DNA of 64,000 nt from Deltaproteobacteria bacterium (GTDB taxonomy: Bacteria; Desulfobacterota; Binatia; UBA12015): NCBI GenBank assembly GCA_046583355.1, contig JAYGCM010000069.1, forward strand, positions 1 through 64,000, given 5' to 3'. The notes under the pieces are model-generated. The model was not told where the DNA came from and searched no databases. It worked only from the letters and a program-made list of their open reading frames with translations. Both the position numbers and the translations under genes were made by a program. Below, piece by piece: positions 9,073 to 18,179 of this stretch. Positions within the stretch are counted from its first letter, which is position 1. Each line of letters starts with the position of its first letter.

Positions 9073-10463
9073 AGCACGAGAAAGCAGAAGAGGCCTGGCA
9101 GGGGCTCCGCATGGCGAGCCCGCCCGACCCCGACGCTTTGCTGCGTCAGCGCGAGGTTCTGACCGATCTCGCTGCGCGGCCGCTACCAGCGCGGGTGCGG
9201 GGCTACCTCGGGATGCTCGGACCGGGGTATATGCAGAGCGCCATGACGCTCGGCGGCGGAACCGTCTCCGCTGCAATTTTTGCTGGCGCGATCTTCGGCT
9301 ATCAGCTCCTCTGGGTGGCGCCGCTCGCGATGGTGCTGGGCCTCTGCATGCTCTCGGCCATCTCGTGGCAGACGCTTTCCACCGGGCGGCGGCCCTGGCC
9401 GGCGATGCGCGAGCACGCCGGGCCCTTCTTTGCCTGGGCGTGGGCCCTCGGTGCGCTTTTCTCGTCCATCATCTGGCAATTTCCCCAATACGCATTGTCC
9501 TCCGCGGTGCTCGCCGACCTGGCCGACCTGGCGGGCTACCCCGGCGTGTCTCCAGGCGCGGCCGGTCTGGTCGTGTTGCTCTGGGCGCTCGTTGTCTCTG
9601 GTCTCTACGGCCACTCGGAGTGGTGGACGCGCGCCTACGAGCGCCTCCTGCAGGTGATGGTCTGGGGTATCGTGGTCTGCTTCGGCTGGGTCGTCTTTCG
9701 TACCGGTATCGGGGATTGGGGCGAGCTGCTGCGCGGCTTCTTTGTGCCCAGCGTCCCCGGTACGCGCAATGGCGTTGCCGGCGTCACCCTGGTGCTGTCG
9801 GGAATCTCGGCCGCAGTCGGCGTCAATATGGTATTTCTCTATCCCTACACACTGCTGGCGAAGGGCTGGGGGCGGGAACATCGCGAGCTGTCTCGGGTAG
9901 ACCTGCTGCTCGGCATGGCCGTCCCCTACACCCTGGCGGTGAGCCTGGTGGTGATCGCAACCGCGAATACGCTGCACCTCGAGCCGTCCTACGAGGGGAT
10001 GAAACTCTCCCCGGTCGAGGCCGCTCAGGTGCTCGCGCACGGTGTCGGGCCGACCGCAGGCCGGCTCGTTTTCGGTATCGGCGTCCTCGGCATGGCGCTC
10101 TCCTCGATCACGCTGCAGATGCTCACCTGTGGCTTCGTCGCCATGGAACTTCTGGATCTCACCTTTGGCTCCTGGCGTCACCGTCTGGCGACCTGGCTTC
10201 CGGTCCCCGGCGTTCTCGGCGCCGTATATTGGAGTGATATCGCCGTGTGGGTGGCCGTGCCGACGAATATCGTCTGCGGGCTACTGCTGCCCGCCGCCTA
10301 CGTCGGATTCTGCCTGCTACAACGCAGCAAGGCCTACTTGGGCGACGATCGTCCCGAGGGCACTCCGGGAGCTATATGGCTCACGGCGATGGTGGCCGTG
10401 ACCGTATTCCTGCTCGCCTTCGGCCTCTGGTACGTCCTCGGTTTTGGTTGGGGCTTCGGCTGA
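9069..10463 (+). CDS. Nramp-fold (YcsG-like) secondary transporter
   Basis: About 11 TM helices; LGPG and GAIFGYQLLWV motifs; ATGA overlap with the enolase-like gene. Confidence 0.8.
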   Translation: MKHEKAEEAWQGLRMASPPDPDALLRQREVLTDLAARPLPARVRGYLGMLGPGYMQSAMTLGGGTVSAAIFAGAIFGYQLLWVAPLAMVLGLCMLSAISWQTLSTGRRPWPAMREHAGPFFAWAWALGALFSSIIWQFPQYALSSAVLADLADLAGYPGVSPGAAGLVVLLWALVVSGLYGHSEWWTRAYERLLQVMVWGIVVCFGWVVFRTGIGDWGELLRGFFVPSVPGTRNGVAGVTLVLSGISAAVGVNMVFLYPYTLLAKGWGREHRELSRVDLLLGMAVPYTLAVSLVVIATANTLHLEPSYEGMKLSPVEAAQVLAHGVGPTAGRLVFGIGVLGMALSSITLQMLTCGFVAMELLDLTFGSWRHRLATWLPVPGVLGAVYWSDIAVWVAVPTNIVCGLLLPAAYVGFCLLQRSKAYLGDDRPEGTPGAIWLTAMVAVTVFLLAFGLWYVLGFGWGFG

Positions 10464-10498
10464 GGGCTGGACCTTGCGGCACCCATGCCCGCCGGCAC

Positions 10499-12955
10499 TC
10501 AGAATCTATAGGTCAGCTCGCCGCCCCAGGTCCGTGGCGGGCCGTAGCCGCGCGAGATGATGCCGAGCGCGCCGGCTAGCGGCAGGACGGAATTGATGTA
10601 GAGCTCGTCGGCCAGGTTGCGTCCCCAGAGCGCGACCTGTGCCTGTCCATCCATGAATGCGTAGCTGAGTCGGGCATTCAGCAGATGGTAGCCATGTTGT
10701 CGGCCCTGCGGGATTTCAGGCTGGGTGAACAACTCGGCTGCGCGGTAGGACCATTCGATGCGCGGTGTCAGGTAGCCGTCGAGCCAGCCGGCGACTGTGA
10801 CCGGAATCGAATATTGGATGCTCACGAAGGTGTTGTAGGCGGGCGAACGGATGAATTGCTGTCCGCTCCGGTCGATTGCGTCGCCGCCGAGAGCATTGAC
10901 CGCGTTCGGAAACGAGTCGTAGCGTGCGTCGAAATAGCCGATCAGGCCGCTGACCAGCATTCCTTCGATGGGTACCGCCTGGAACTCGGCCTCGACACCT
11001 TCGATGGAAGCCGAGGCGGCGTTCAGGGTGAGTGAGCGGATGGTGATTGTTCCGTCGTCGCCGACCGTGCTCTCCAATTGCGTGCGTTGAATGCTGTCGT
11101 AGAGGCTTGCGAAGAGCGCCAGGTTGAAGGTGAGCCGGTTGTCCAGCGCGATCGCCTTCGCGCCGATCTCGAAATTGTCCAGGGTTTCCGGCTGGTAGGG
11201 GACCAGCCCGCCGTCCTCTCCGCTTGCCAGCACGGCGTTCAGGCCGCCGCCTTTGAAGCCGCGCGAATAGGTGAAGTAGGTCATCAGATGGTCGAGCGCG
11301 ACGGCCTCGAGGTATTGCTCGGGCAGGAAGAAGGCGACGCTTGCCATCGGTGTCCATGAGGAGAACGAAGCCTCGTCCGATACATCGCGCGTGATGTTGT
11401 CGTCGGGCGGCCGATTGAAATTGCGATTGATCTGGTGCGCGCGCTTGCGGTCCTCGGTGTAGCGCAGCCCTGCGGTCATGCTCAGCCAATCGGTCGGTGC
11501 CACGGTTCCCTGGGCAAATGCCGCCCAGGTGAAATTGTCGGTGATGATCCGATTGGCGCTTTTCTGGAAGACGGTGGGCACATCGAGTCCGTTGGTCCGG
11601 TCGGCCTTTTCCCAGAAGAAAAACGCTCCGGCGATGAGGTTGATACGCTCCTCCCATGCTGAGCCGGCGAGCTGCACCTCCTGCTGGATCTGCTGGGCCT
11701 GTCCCGCTTCGCCGCCCGTACCGCCGCCACCGAAGTTGCTGACCTGGATGATGCGAAGTTCCGTCGCATCGACGTCGCCGATGCTCGGACTCAGCTGGCG
11801 CCGCCACGAGGTGATTGATTTGGCGACGATATCCGAGACGTGGCCGAGATCTCCTGCATCCCACGCGATCGTGGCCCAGGTGCCCCACGAGGATGAAGCC
11901 GCGATCTGGTTGCTGTCCATCGAGACTTCGCGCGGCGAAGTCGCGGCGCAGGCCTCCCAGAACTCATCGGTGTTGGCGATGCCGGTGCGCTGGACCTCGA
12001 CGCACTCGCCGAGGGGATTGTGCACATGGTCCTTGAACCAGCTGCCGCTCACATCAATCGTGATATCCGGGACCGGAAGGAAGCGCAGCGCGCCGAGAAA
12101 GCTCAGGCCGTTCTCCTCGCCCCAGTATTCGTCAACGAATCTATTGTAGACGGCACCGTTGCGGTTGCGACTCGCGAAGGAGAGGCGCGAAAAGAGCTTG
12201 TCGTCAAACCAGCCGATGCGGATCGGCAGGTCCAGAGTGACGCGGGTGCGGATCTGGCCGAGATTGCCCGGCCGTAGCGAGATCAGCGCGCCGAGTTCGT
12301 CTCTGGGCTTGACGGTGGTGACGCTGAGCGCACCGCCGACGGTATTTTTGCCGAAGAGCGTCCCTTGCGGGCCGCGCAAGACCTGCACGGATTCCAGATC
12401 GACGACATCGAAGATCGCTGCCTGGGCGCGCGGCAGGTAGATGCCGTCGATGTAGAGGCCGACGCCCGGATCGAAGGCGATGCCGACGCCCGAGCTGCCG
12501 ACGCCGCGGATCGAAATCTGCGCGGTCTGGTTCGAGCCGCCGGTCTGGATCGAGAGGTTCGGTACGAGTTGCTGGATCTGATCGATCCGCGTCACATTCG
12601 AGTTCTCGAGCCCGGCCGCGCTGATGGCGGTCACGGCAATCGGGGTATCTTCGAGGTACTCCTCGCGGCGCCTGGCGGTGACGACGATCTCCTCGACGCG
12701 GGCCAACGCCTGCAGCGCGTCGCCTTCTGCGGCGGCGCCGCTGGGAATCTCACCGGACACGGATTCTTCGACTGGCGGTGGCGTGGTGGCCAGGGCGGCC
12801 AGGGCAGGGGGCGGTGCGGCGCCTGCCGAACCCGCTGCGACCAGCATGGCGACGAGGCCGGCTGCGAGGCCTGGCCCCCGGACACGAACTTTCTGGGTGC
12901 ATTTTCTCATCTGATTTCCCCCGGACTTTGGTTGATCTGCCGAATTTCTTGCCAC
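10499..12955 (-). CDS. TonB-dependent receptor (start may be ATG 12910)
   Basis: VEEIVVTARRREE, VLRGPQGTLFGKNTVGG, C-terminal YRF. Confidence 0.93.
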   Translation of the reverse strand: MARNSADQPKSGGNQMRKCTQKVRVRGPGLAAGLVAMLVAAGSAGAAPPPALAALATTPPPVEESVSGEIPSGAAAEGDALQALARVEEIVVTARRREEYLEDTPIAVTAISAAGLENSNVTRIDQIQQLVPNLSIQTGGSNQTAQISIRGVGSSGVGIAFDPGVGLYIDGIYLPRAQAAIFDVVDLESVQVLRGPQGTLFGKNTVGGALSVTTVKPRDELGALISLRPGNLGQIRTRVTLDLPIRIGWFDDKLFSRLSFASRNRNGAVYNRFVDEYWGEENGLSFLGALRFLPVPDITIDVSGSWFKDHVHNPLGECVEVQRTGIANTDEFWEACAATSPREVSMDSNQIAASSSWGTWATIAWDAGDLGHVSDIVAKSITSWRRQLSPSIGDVDATELRIIQVSNFGGGGTGGEAGQAQQIQQEVQLAGSAWEERINLIAGAFFFWEKADRTNGLDVPTVFQKSANRIITDNFTWAAFAQGTVAPTDWLSMTAGLRYTEDRKRAHQINRNFNRPPDDNITRDVSDEASFSSWTPMASVAFFLPEQYLEAVALDHLMTYFTYSRGFKGGGLNAVLASGEDGGLVPYQPETLDNFEIGAKAIALDNRLTFNLALFASLYDSIQRTQLESTVGDDGTITIRSLTLNAASASIEGVEAEFQAVPIEGMLVSGLIGYFDARYDSFPNAVNALGGDAIDRSGQQFIRSPAYNTFVSIQYSIPVTVAGWLDGYLTPRIEWSYRAAELFTQPEIPQGRQHGYHLLNARLSYAFMDGQAQVALWGRNLADELYINSVLPLAGALGIISRGYGPPRTWGGELTYRF

Positions 12956-13218
12956 TTATTTAACCCAGAGAATAATGCAAGCCCACGAGCGTTGAATCGA
13001 GATCGAGGAGTTCGGTGACCGCCACCGGCGTAATCGTGCTTGCAGTTCTTTCCTGCTTTATTAACTAATCAGCAAAATGGAAATACAAAATCGGGCAAGA
13101 AGGCCTCGCGGGCGCCCGGCCGGGTGGCCCCTTCGGCGACCAGGCGGCGCGCTTCGGCTCGAGGTCGAGATTCTCATCGCGGGCCTCGAAGCGCGGCTTG
13201 ACGAGGAGCAATAGGAGC

Positions 13219-14715
13219 ATGCGATCGATGCAACGAGTGTTTCGCGTCCTGGCCCTGGCTATCGGCTACTCGATCCTGGTCGCGAGCAGCCTGGCGACGC
13301 TCGCCTCTGCCGCGCGCTATGCGCAAATCCGCTGGTTCTACGCGCCGGCGGCGCCCGAGCACTTGGCCGAGAAGGAGAGCTATCTGGCCGCGCTGCCGGC
13401 GGTCGACCCTGCGGCGGCGCCCAATTTCGTCGTGATTTTTTTCGATGACCTCGGGTTCGGAGATTTATCGAGCTACGGCAACCGCCTGATCCGCACGCCG
13501 CATATCGATCGCGCGGCCGCAGAGGGCCTCAAGATGACGGATTTCTATTCCGCCTCGCCCGTCTGCACCCCTTCGCGCGCGGCTCTCCTCACCGGCCGCT
13601 TCCCACCGCGCACCCTTACGGATCGCCATGTTTTCTTCCCGGAAAATTCCATGCTTGGTATTTTGCGTCGGATGGTCGGCTGGGCAAACGAACTTCCCCG
13701 GGACGAGATCACCGTCGCCGAAGTGCTCGGTCGGGCCGGGTACGCGACCGGGATGATCGGCAAATGGCATCTCGGCGGGCGTGCCGGCCATCGCCCCAAT
13801 GACTTCGGGTTCCAGTCGTGGCTCGGCGTGCTGTGGAGCAACGATATGGCTCCCCTCGATCTCTACCGCGATGGCGAGGTGCTCCAGGAAGATCGGCGCG
13901 ACTTCTTCCTGATAGGGGAGCGCGACGAGGCATCGCCACTGGGCCCCGGCGGCATCGACCAAGGGACGCTCACCGGGACCTACACCGACGAAGCCATCGC
14001 GTTCCTTGAAACCAATCGCGAGCGGCCCTTTTTCCTCTATGTCGCGCACACGTTTCCGCACGTCCCGCATTACCCGTCCCGCGAGGGCGCAGGCCAATCG
14101 GACGGGGGCACGTACGGCGATGTCGTCGAGGATCTCGACCGCAGCACCGGCACGATCCTCGCTGCCCTGGACCGACTGGGCCTCGCGGAGAATACGGTGG
14201 TCTTCATCACCAGCGACAACGGCGCCGATTATAACGGTAGCCCCGGTGCCTTGCGCGGGCGCAAAGGCGATATTCTGGAGGGCGGCCAACGCGTGCCGAT
14301 GATCGTGCGCTGGCCTGGCCGCGTGCCGGCGGGTGCCGTCAGCGCGGAACCCGCGATGAATACGGATCTCTTCCCGACGCTTCTCTCACTCGCCGGATTG
14401 CCGCTGCCCGCCGACCGCGAGATCGATGGCCGCGATATCAGCGCACTTCTGGAAGGCCGCGCCGGGAGTCCGCACGACCAACTCTTTTTCTTCCCCGTCA
14501 CCGAGTCCCTGCCGGGCGCCGTCCGCTCGGGCCGCTTCAAATACCTTCTCTCGACCGGCGATAACGGGCGCAACCGGGCGCATCTCTCGCGACTCGATGC
14601 CGACGCCGAGGCGCATGAGTTGTCGAATTTGTATCCGGATGAGGCCAAGCGGCTCGACGTAACGCTCCAGGCAATGCGTGAGCGCATCGAAGAAAACCCG
14701 CGCGGCTGGCGCTGA
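13219..14715 (+). CDS. Arylsulfatase A-family sulfatase (Cys-type)
   Basis: PNFVVIFFDDLG, CTPSRAALLTGR, GKWHLG and FITSDNG motifs; N-terminal hydrophobic segment. Confidence 0.93.
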   Translation: MRSMQRVFRVLALAIGYSILVASSLATLASAARYAQIRWFYAPAAPEHLAEKESYLAALPAVDPAAAPNFVVIFFDDLGFGDLSSYGNRLIRTPHIDRAAAEGLKMTDFYSASPVCTPSRAALLTGRFPPRTLTDRHVFFPENSMLGILRRMVGWANELPRDEITVAEVLGRAGYATGMIGKWHLGGRAGHRPNDFGFQSWLGVLWSNDMAPLDLYRDGEVLQEDRRDFFLIGERDEASPLGPGGIDQGTLTGTYTDEAIAFLETNRERPFFLYVAHTFPHVPHYPSREGAGQSDGGTYGDVVEDLDRSTGTILAALDRLGLAENTVVFITSDNGADYNGSPGALRGRKGDILEGGQRVPMIVRWPGRVPAGAVSAEPAMNTDLFPTLLSLAGLPLPADREIDGRDISALLEGRAGSPHDQLFFFPVTESLPGAVRSGRFKYLLSTGDNGRNRAHLSRLDADAEAHELSNLYPDEAKRLDVTLQAMRERIEENPRGWR

Positions 14716-14790
14716 GGCCGAGGTCGGCCAGTACGCCAACGCGACCGACGTGATTCGCTCGGGCTCACGGCGGCACCGTTTGGACTTCCC

Positions 14791-17037
14791 TTAGTCGTCC
14801 CGCCTGGCTGCCGGCGCGGCGGCCAGGCGGGTGGGCGGCGGCAATTCGATTACCTTGGCATTGAGCTGGGCGAGGCGGTCGCGCAGGGCCGGGTCGAAGG
14901 TGAAGTAGAGAATCTGCCAGCCCTCGCTGGCAAGGTCTGCAATCGCCACGGCCAAGGCTTCGCGGCGCGCGGCGTCGCTGGTGAGGAAGGCATCGTCGAG
15001 TACTAAAAATCCTGGCTCGCCGAGCAGGCGGCGGACCAGCGCGAGCCGGACGGCGAGGGCGAGTTGGTCGCGCGCGCCGCGCGAAAGCGCCTCGGCCGGC
15101 AAGCGGCTGCCATCATCGCGTTCTACGGCGAGGCCGCCGTCCGCGTCGAGGATGACGGCGCAGTAGCGGCCCCCCGTGAGTTTGGCGAGGTAGCGGCCTG
15201 CCGCCATCGGTCCGCTGCCCAATGCCTCACGCAACGGCTGGTCGATATCCGAGGCCAGTTCGCGCAGGGCCTGTAGGGCGAGCTTGGCGCCGGCGGTGTC
15301 GCGGTCCATCGCCGCAATCGCTTGTTGCAGCCGGTTGCGCTCGGCATCCGCCTTGCCGAGGTCGCCGATGCCGATGCGTGCAAGCGCGTGTTCGCGTTGG
15401 TCGGTGAGGCGGGCGCGCAGAGCCCCGAGGCGCTCGTCGTAGCCCTCAAGTTCGTGTTCGAGCGAGGCGAGTTCGACCGGGTTGGGTGCGACGCCGGGGT
15501 CGTCGATGGTGAGCGCCGCAACCTGATCCTCCAATGGCCTATTCTCGTCGACTTCGCCGAGCAGGCTGGAGAGCGTGCGGCGGGATTCCGTCAAGGAGGC
15601 CTGCGTGGTGGCGCGGTCGCGTGTTTTGTCTTCGAGTTGCTCGATGCGAGAGAGGTGAACACGATCGCGGATCTCGGCAATCTGGCGCTGGACCTCGCCC
15701 AGACGTTGGTTGCGGTCTTTCTCGACTCCGCCGGCGCTGGCGAGGTGATCTTCAATGACGCCCACGGCGCGCTTGGCGGCACCGTATTCGGCCTCGTTGC
15801 GCTCGAGCATGCCGGCAGCGAGCTGAAGCTGGGCGGCGCAATCGGCCAGTGATTCGAGTGGGCCGAGCAGCGTTCGGGCGCGTGCCAGAAGCTCCTCGGT
15901 GGCTGTGGATGCCTTGCGCATACGACTCTGCGCGGTGATCGAGAGTGCGCCGCAGAGCAAGGCGAAGGTCGCGGCCGCGCCGGCACCGATGCCCAGCGGC
16001 ATCGCGAGTGCACCGACTCCCGAGGTCGCCTGGAAGACCAGTCCGAGCGCGAGCAGGATGAGGACGAAGGCCGCGATGCCGAGCGGCGTGCGCCAGATCG
16101 ACCACGAGCGCGCTGCGGCGGTCGCGATTTTCGCTTCTTCCAGGTTGGGAGCGAGTTCGCTGCGCTGCGTTTCCCCGACAAGTGTGCGGGATTTGTCGTT
16201 CGCGATGGCGCGCTTTTTGGCCTCTTCTCGTGCGAGCATGAGGTCGGTTTGCAGCCGCGCGGATTCATTCTCGGCGGTCTTTGCGATGGCAGCCGCTTCG
16301 CGCAGGGTGCGGATCGCCTCATGCCATTCACGGAGGTCGGCGTCGCCATAACGCTCGAGCTCCAGCAGGCGCCGGCCGGCCTCGCGTACCGCCCCGGCGG
16401 CGTGGTCTGCCGTGCGGTAGCGCTCGAAGCGCTCGGCCGCGCGCAATTTCTCGGCTCGTGTGCGCGCCAATAGCCGCTGCACGCTCAACTGGTGGACCTC
16501 TTCGAGCAATCGGCCGATGCCCGGCAGGTCAGCGATGAAGCCCTCGATCCGTGCAAGACGTTCGGTTAGCCGTTGGCGCTCGTCTTCACGTGCCTCGCGC
16601 GGACTGCCCGAGGGCATAAGCCCGGCCTGGCGCCGCAAGGCATCTCCGACCTGGACCAGATCAATTCCGATCAGACGGCCGCGGATTGCATTGAGCCAGG
16701 TGCGCCCGCCTTCCAGCGAGGGGTCGGCGTCACGCACGATGAAGAGGCGCGCCAAGGAGGGGTGCTCGCGCAGAAGCTCCACCACCGTGCCGCCGTCCTC
16801 GGGTGTCAGGATGAGTTCGATCTCGCCCTCGAAGCCTGGCCCATCACGGGTCTGGTCGAGGAGTTTGCTGTGGCCGTCGCGGACGCGATCGCGCAGCGCA
16901 TGGACCAGGGCGTCGATACACGAGGTCTTGCCGGCCTCGTTTTGCCCATAGACCACGGTTACGTCATCGGGGACCAGCACGAGGTCTCGTAGGGGGCCGA
17001 AATCGCGGATCGAGAGCCGCTCAATTCGAACGCTCAT
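14791..17037 (-). CDS. Rad50/SbcC-like SMC-type ATPase (YhaN/AAA_27 type)
   Basis: Walker A GQNEAGKT, long coiled coil, signature LSRGARDQL, Walker B FLVLDD. Confidence 0.85.
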   Translation of the reverse strand: MSVRIERLSIRDFGPLRDLVLVPDDVTVVYGQNEAGKTSCIDALVHALRDRVRDGHSKLLDQTRDGPGFEGEIELILTPEDGGTVVELLREHPSLARLFIVRDADPSLEGGRTWLNAIRGRLIGIDLVQVGDALRRQAGLMPSGSPREAREDERQRLTERLARIEGFIADLPGIGRLLEEVHQLSVQRLLARTRAEKLRAAERFERYRTADHAAGAVREAGRRLLELERYGDADLREWHEAIRTLREAAAIAKTAENESARLQTDLMLAREEAKKRAIANDKSRTLVGETQRSELAPNLEEAKIATAAARSWSIWRTPLGIAAFVLILLALGLVFQATSGVGALAMPLGIGAGAAATFALLCGALSITAQSRMRKASTATEELLARARTLLGPLESLADCAAQLQLAAGMLERNEAEYGAAKRAVGVIEDHLASAGGVEKDRNQRLGEVQRQIAEIRDRVHLSRIEQLEDKTRDRATTQASLTESRRTLSSLLGEVDENRPLEDQVAALTIDDPGVAPNPVELASLEHELEGYDERLGALRARLTDQREHALARIGIGDLGKADAERNRLQQAIAAMDRDTAGAKLALQALRELASDIDQPLREALGSGPMAAGRYLAKLTGGRYCAVILDADGGLAVERDDGSRLPAEALSRGARDQLALAVRLALVRRLLGEPGFLVLDDAFLTSDAARREALAVAIADLASEGWQILYFTFDPALRDRLAQLNAKVIELPPPTRLAAAPAARRDD

Positions 17038-18170
17038 CGCAGTGCCTCGAGAAACGCGCCCAGGCCAAGGCGCAGGGCCGATTGGATGACCTCGGGGTCG
17101 GACTCTCGGCCGTCTTCGATTTGCAGTTGCACGCGTTCCACGAATTCCGCCACCACCGGGACGTTGGCGAGGTGTCGGAAGCTGCGCGCTTCGAGGGTGA
17201 AGATCGGTCGGCTCTTCAGCGTGTCCTCGCCCATCTCCGCGCCGGCCACGTCTTCTCCTCGAGGATCGGCGAAGGCGATCTCAAGTGCTCGCGTAGCCGC
17301 CTGGTGCAGCTTGTCTTCGTTCTCTGTGACGATGCCCGAGAGACAAGCCAGAACCTGCGCGCCGGGGCCGCGCAATTCGGCGGCGAGCCGTGCCAGCTCG
17401 CGCACGGCCTTCTTCTCCATTCCGGGGACGCAGACCACCTCGACGCGCTCATAATAGGGTGTAGGCAGCGGCACGAATTCGTGTGCGACAACGCCGGCCG
17501 CCGCTTCAAAATCGACCAGCAGAACACCGCGCCGGCCGAGCTCGCGTCGGCTCGTGGTCAAGGGAGAGCCGGCGTAACCTACCAGACGTTCGCCATCGCG
17601 GTGCACCAGGTTGCGACCGCTATGCACATGGCCGAGCGCGCCGTAGCAGCAACGCCCCAGGATATCGGCCAGAAAGATCGGCATCCAGGCGCCCTCTTCG
17701 CCCTCGCCGACGAAGGCATCGCCCACACCGCTCATCAGGCTGCCGTGGCCGACGAGAATCGTATGGTGCGGGTCCATGGTCGTGCCGACCAAGCATTCGG
17801 CCAGCGTGCGGCCGGTTTGGTAGGGTACGCCGACGACGTCGAGGCCGCAGACGGTGGTCTTCTGCCACGGCGTCTCGCGAAGCACCACAGCGTTGGTGCC
17901 GTAGTCGGTCTCGGGGCCGAAGGCGGCCTGGTCGTGGTTGCCTGGCAAAAGGACGACGGGAAGCGGGGCGATGGCTTCGATCCGCTTGCGGACCTCCTGG
18001 CGAAGCGCGATGGCGTCTGAGGATCGGTCGAAAAGATCACCGGCCACGATGACCATATCGGCCGCATGCGCGGTCGCGGTTGCGAAGATCTGATCGAGCG
18101 TGGCGAGACGTTCGGGGCAATCCGGCCGCAGGTGTAGATCGGAGGTCTGAAGCACACGAATGCGAGGCAT
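17034..18170 (-). CDS. Mre11/SbcD-like metallophosphoesterase nuclease (YhaO type)
   Basis: SDLHL, AGDLFD, PGNHD, LGHVH and YAGS motifs; overlaps the ATPase start. Confidence 0.88.
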   Translation of the reverse strand: MPRIRVLQTSDLHLRPDCPERLATLDQIFATATAHAADMVIVAGDLFDRSSDAIALRQEVRKRIEAIAPLPVVLLPGNHDQAAFGPETDYGTNAVVLRETPWQKTTVCGLDVVGVPYQTGRTLAECLVGTTMDPHHTILVGHGSLMSGVGDAFVGEGEEGAWMPIFLADILGRCCYGALGHVHSGRNLVHRDGERLVGYAGSPLTTSRRELGRRGVLLVDFEAAAGVVAHEFVPLPTPYYERVEVVCVPGMEKKAVRELARLAAELRGPGAQVLACLSGIVTENEDKLHQAATRALEIAFADPRGEDVAGAEMGEDTLKSRPIFTLEARSFRHLANVPVVAEFVERVQLQIEDGRESDPEVIQSALRLGLGAFLEALR

Positions 18171-18179
18171 TGGGCGCAA

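Noticed and set aside
12936..12956. Sigma54-like TGGCA site upstream of the first TonB receptor
   Set aside because: The GG-N10-GC spacing is off by one base and the TTGC is absent.
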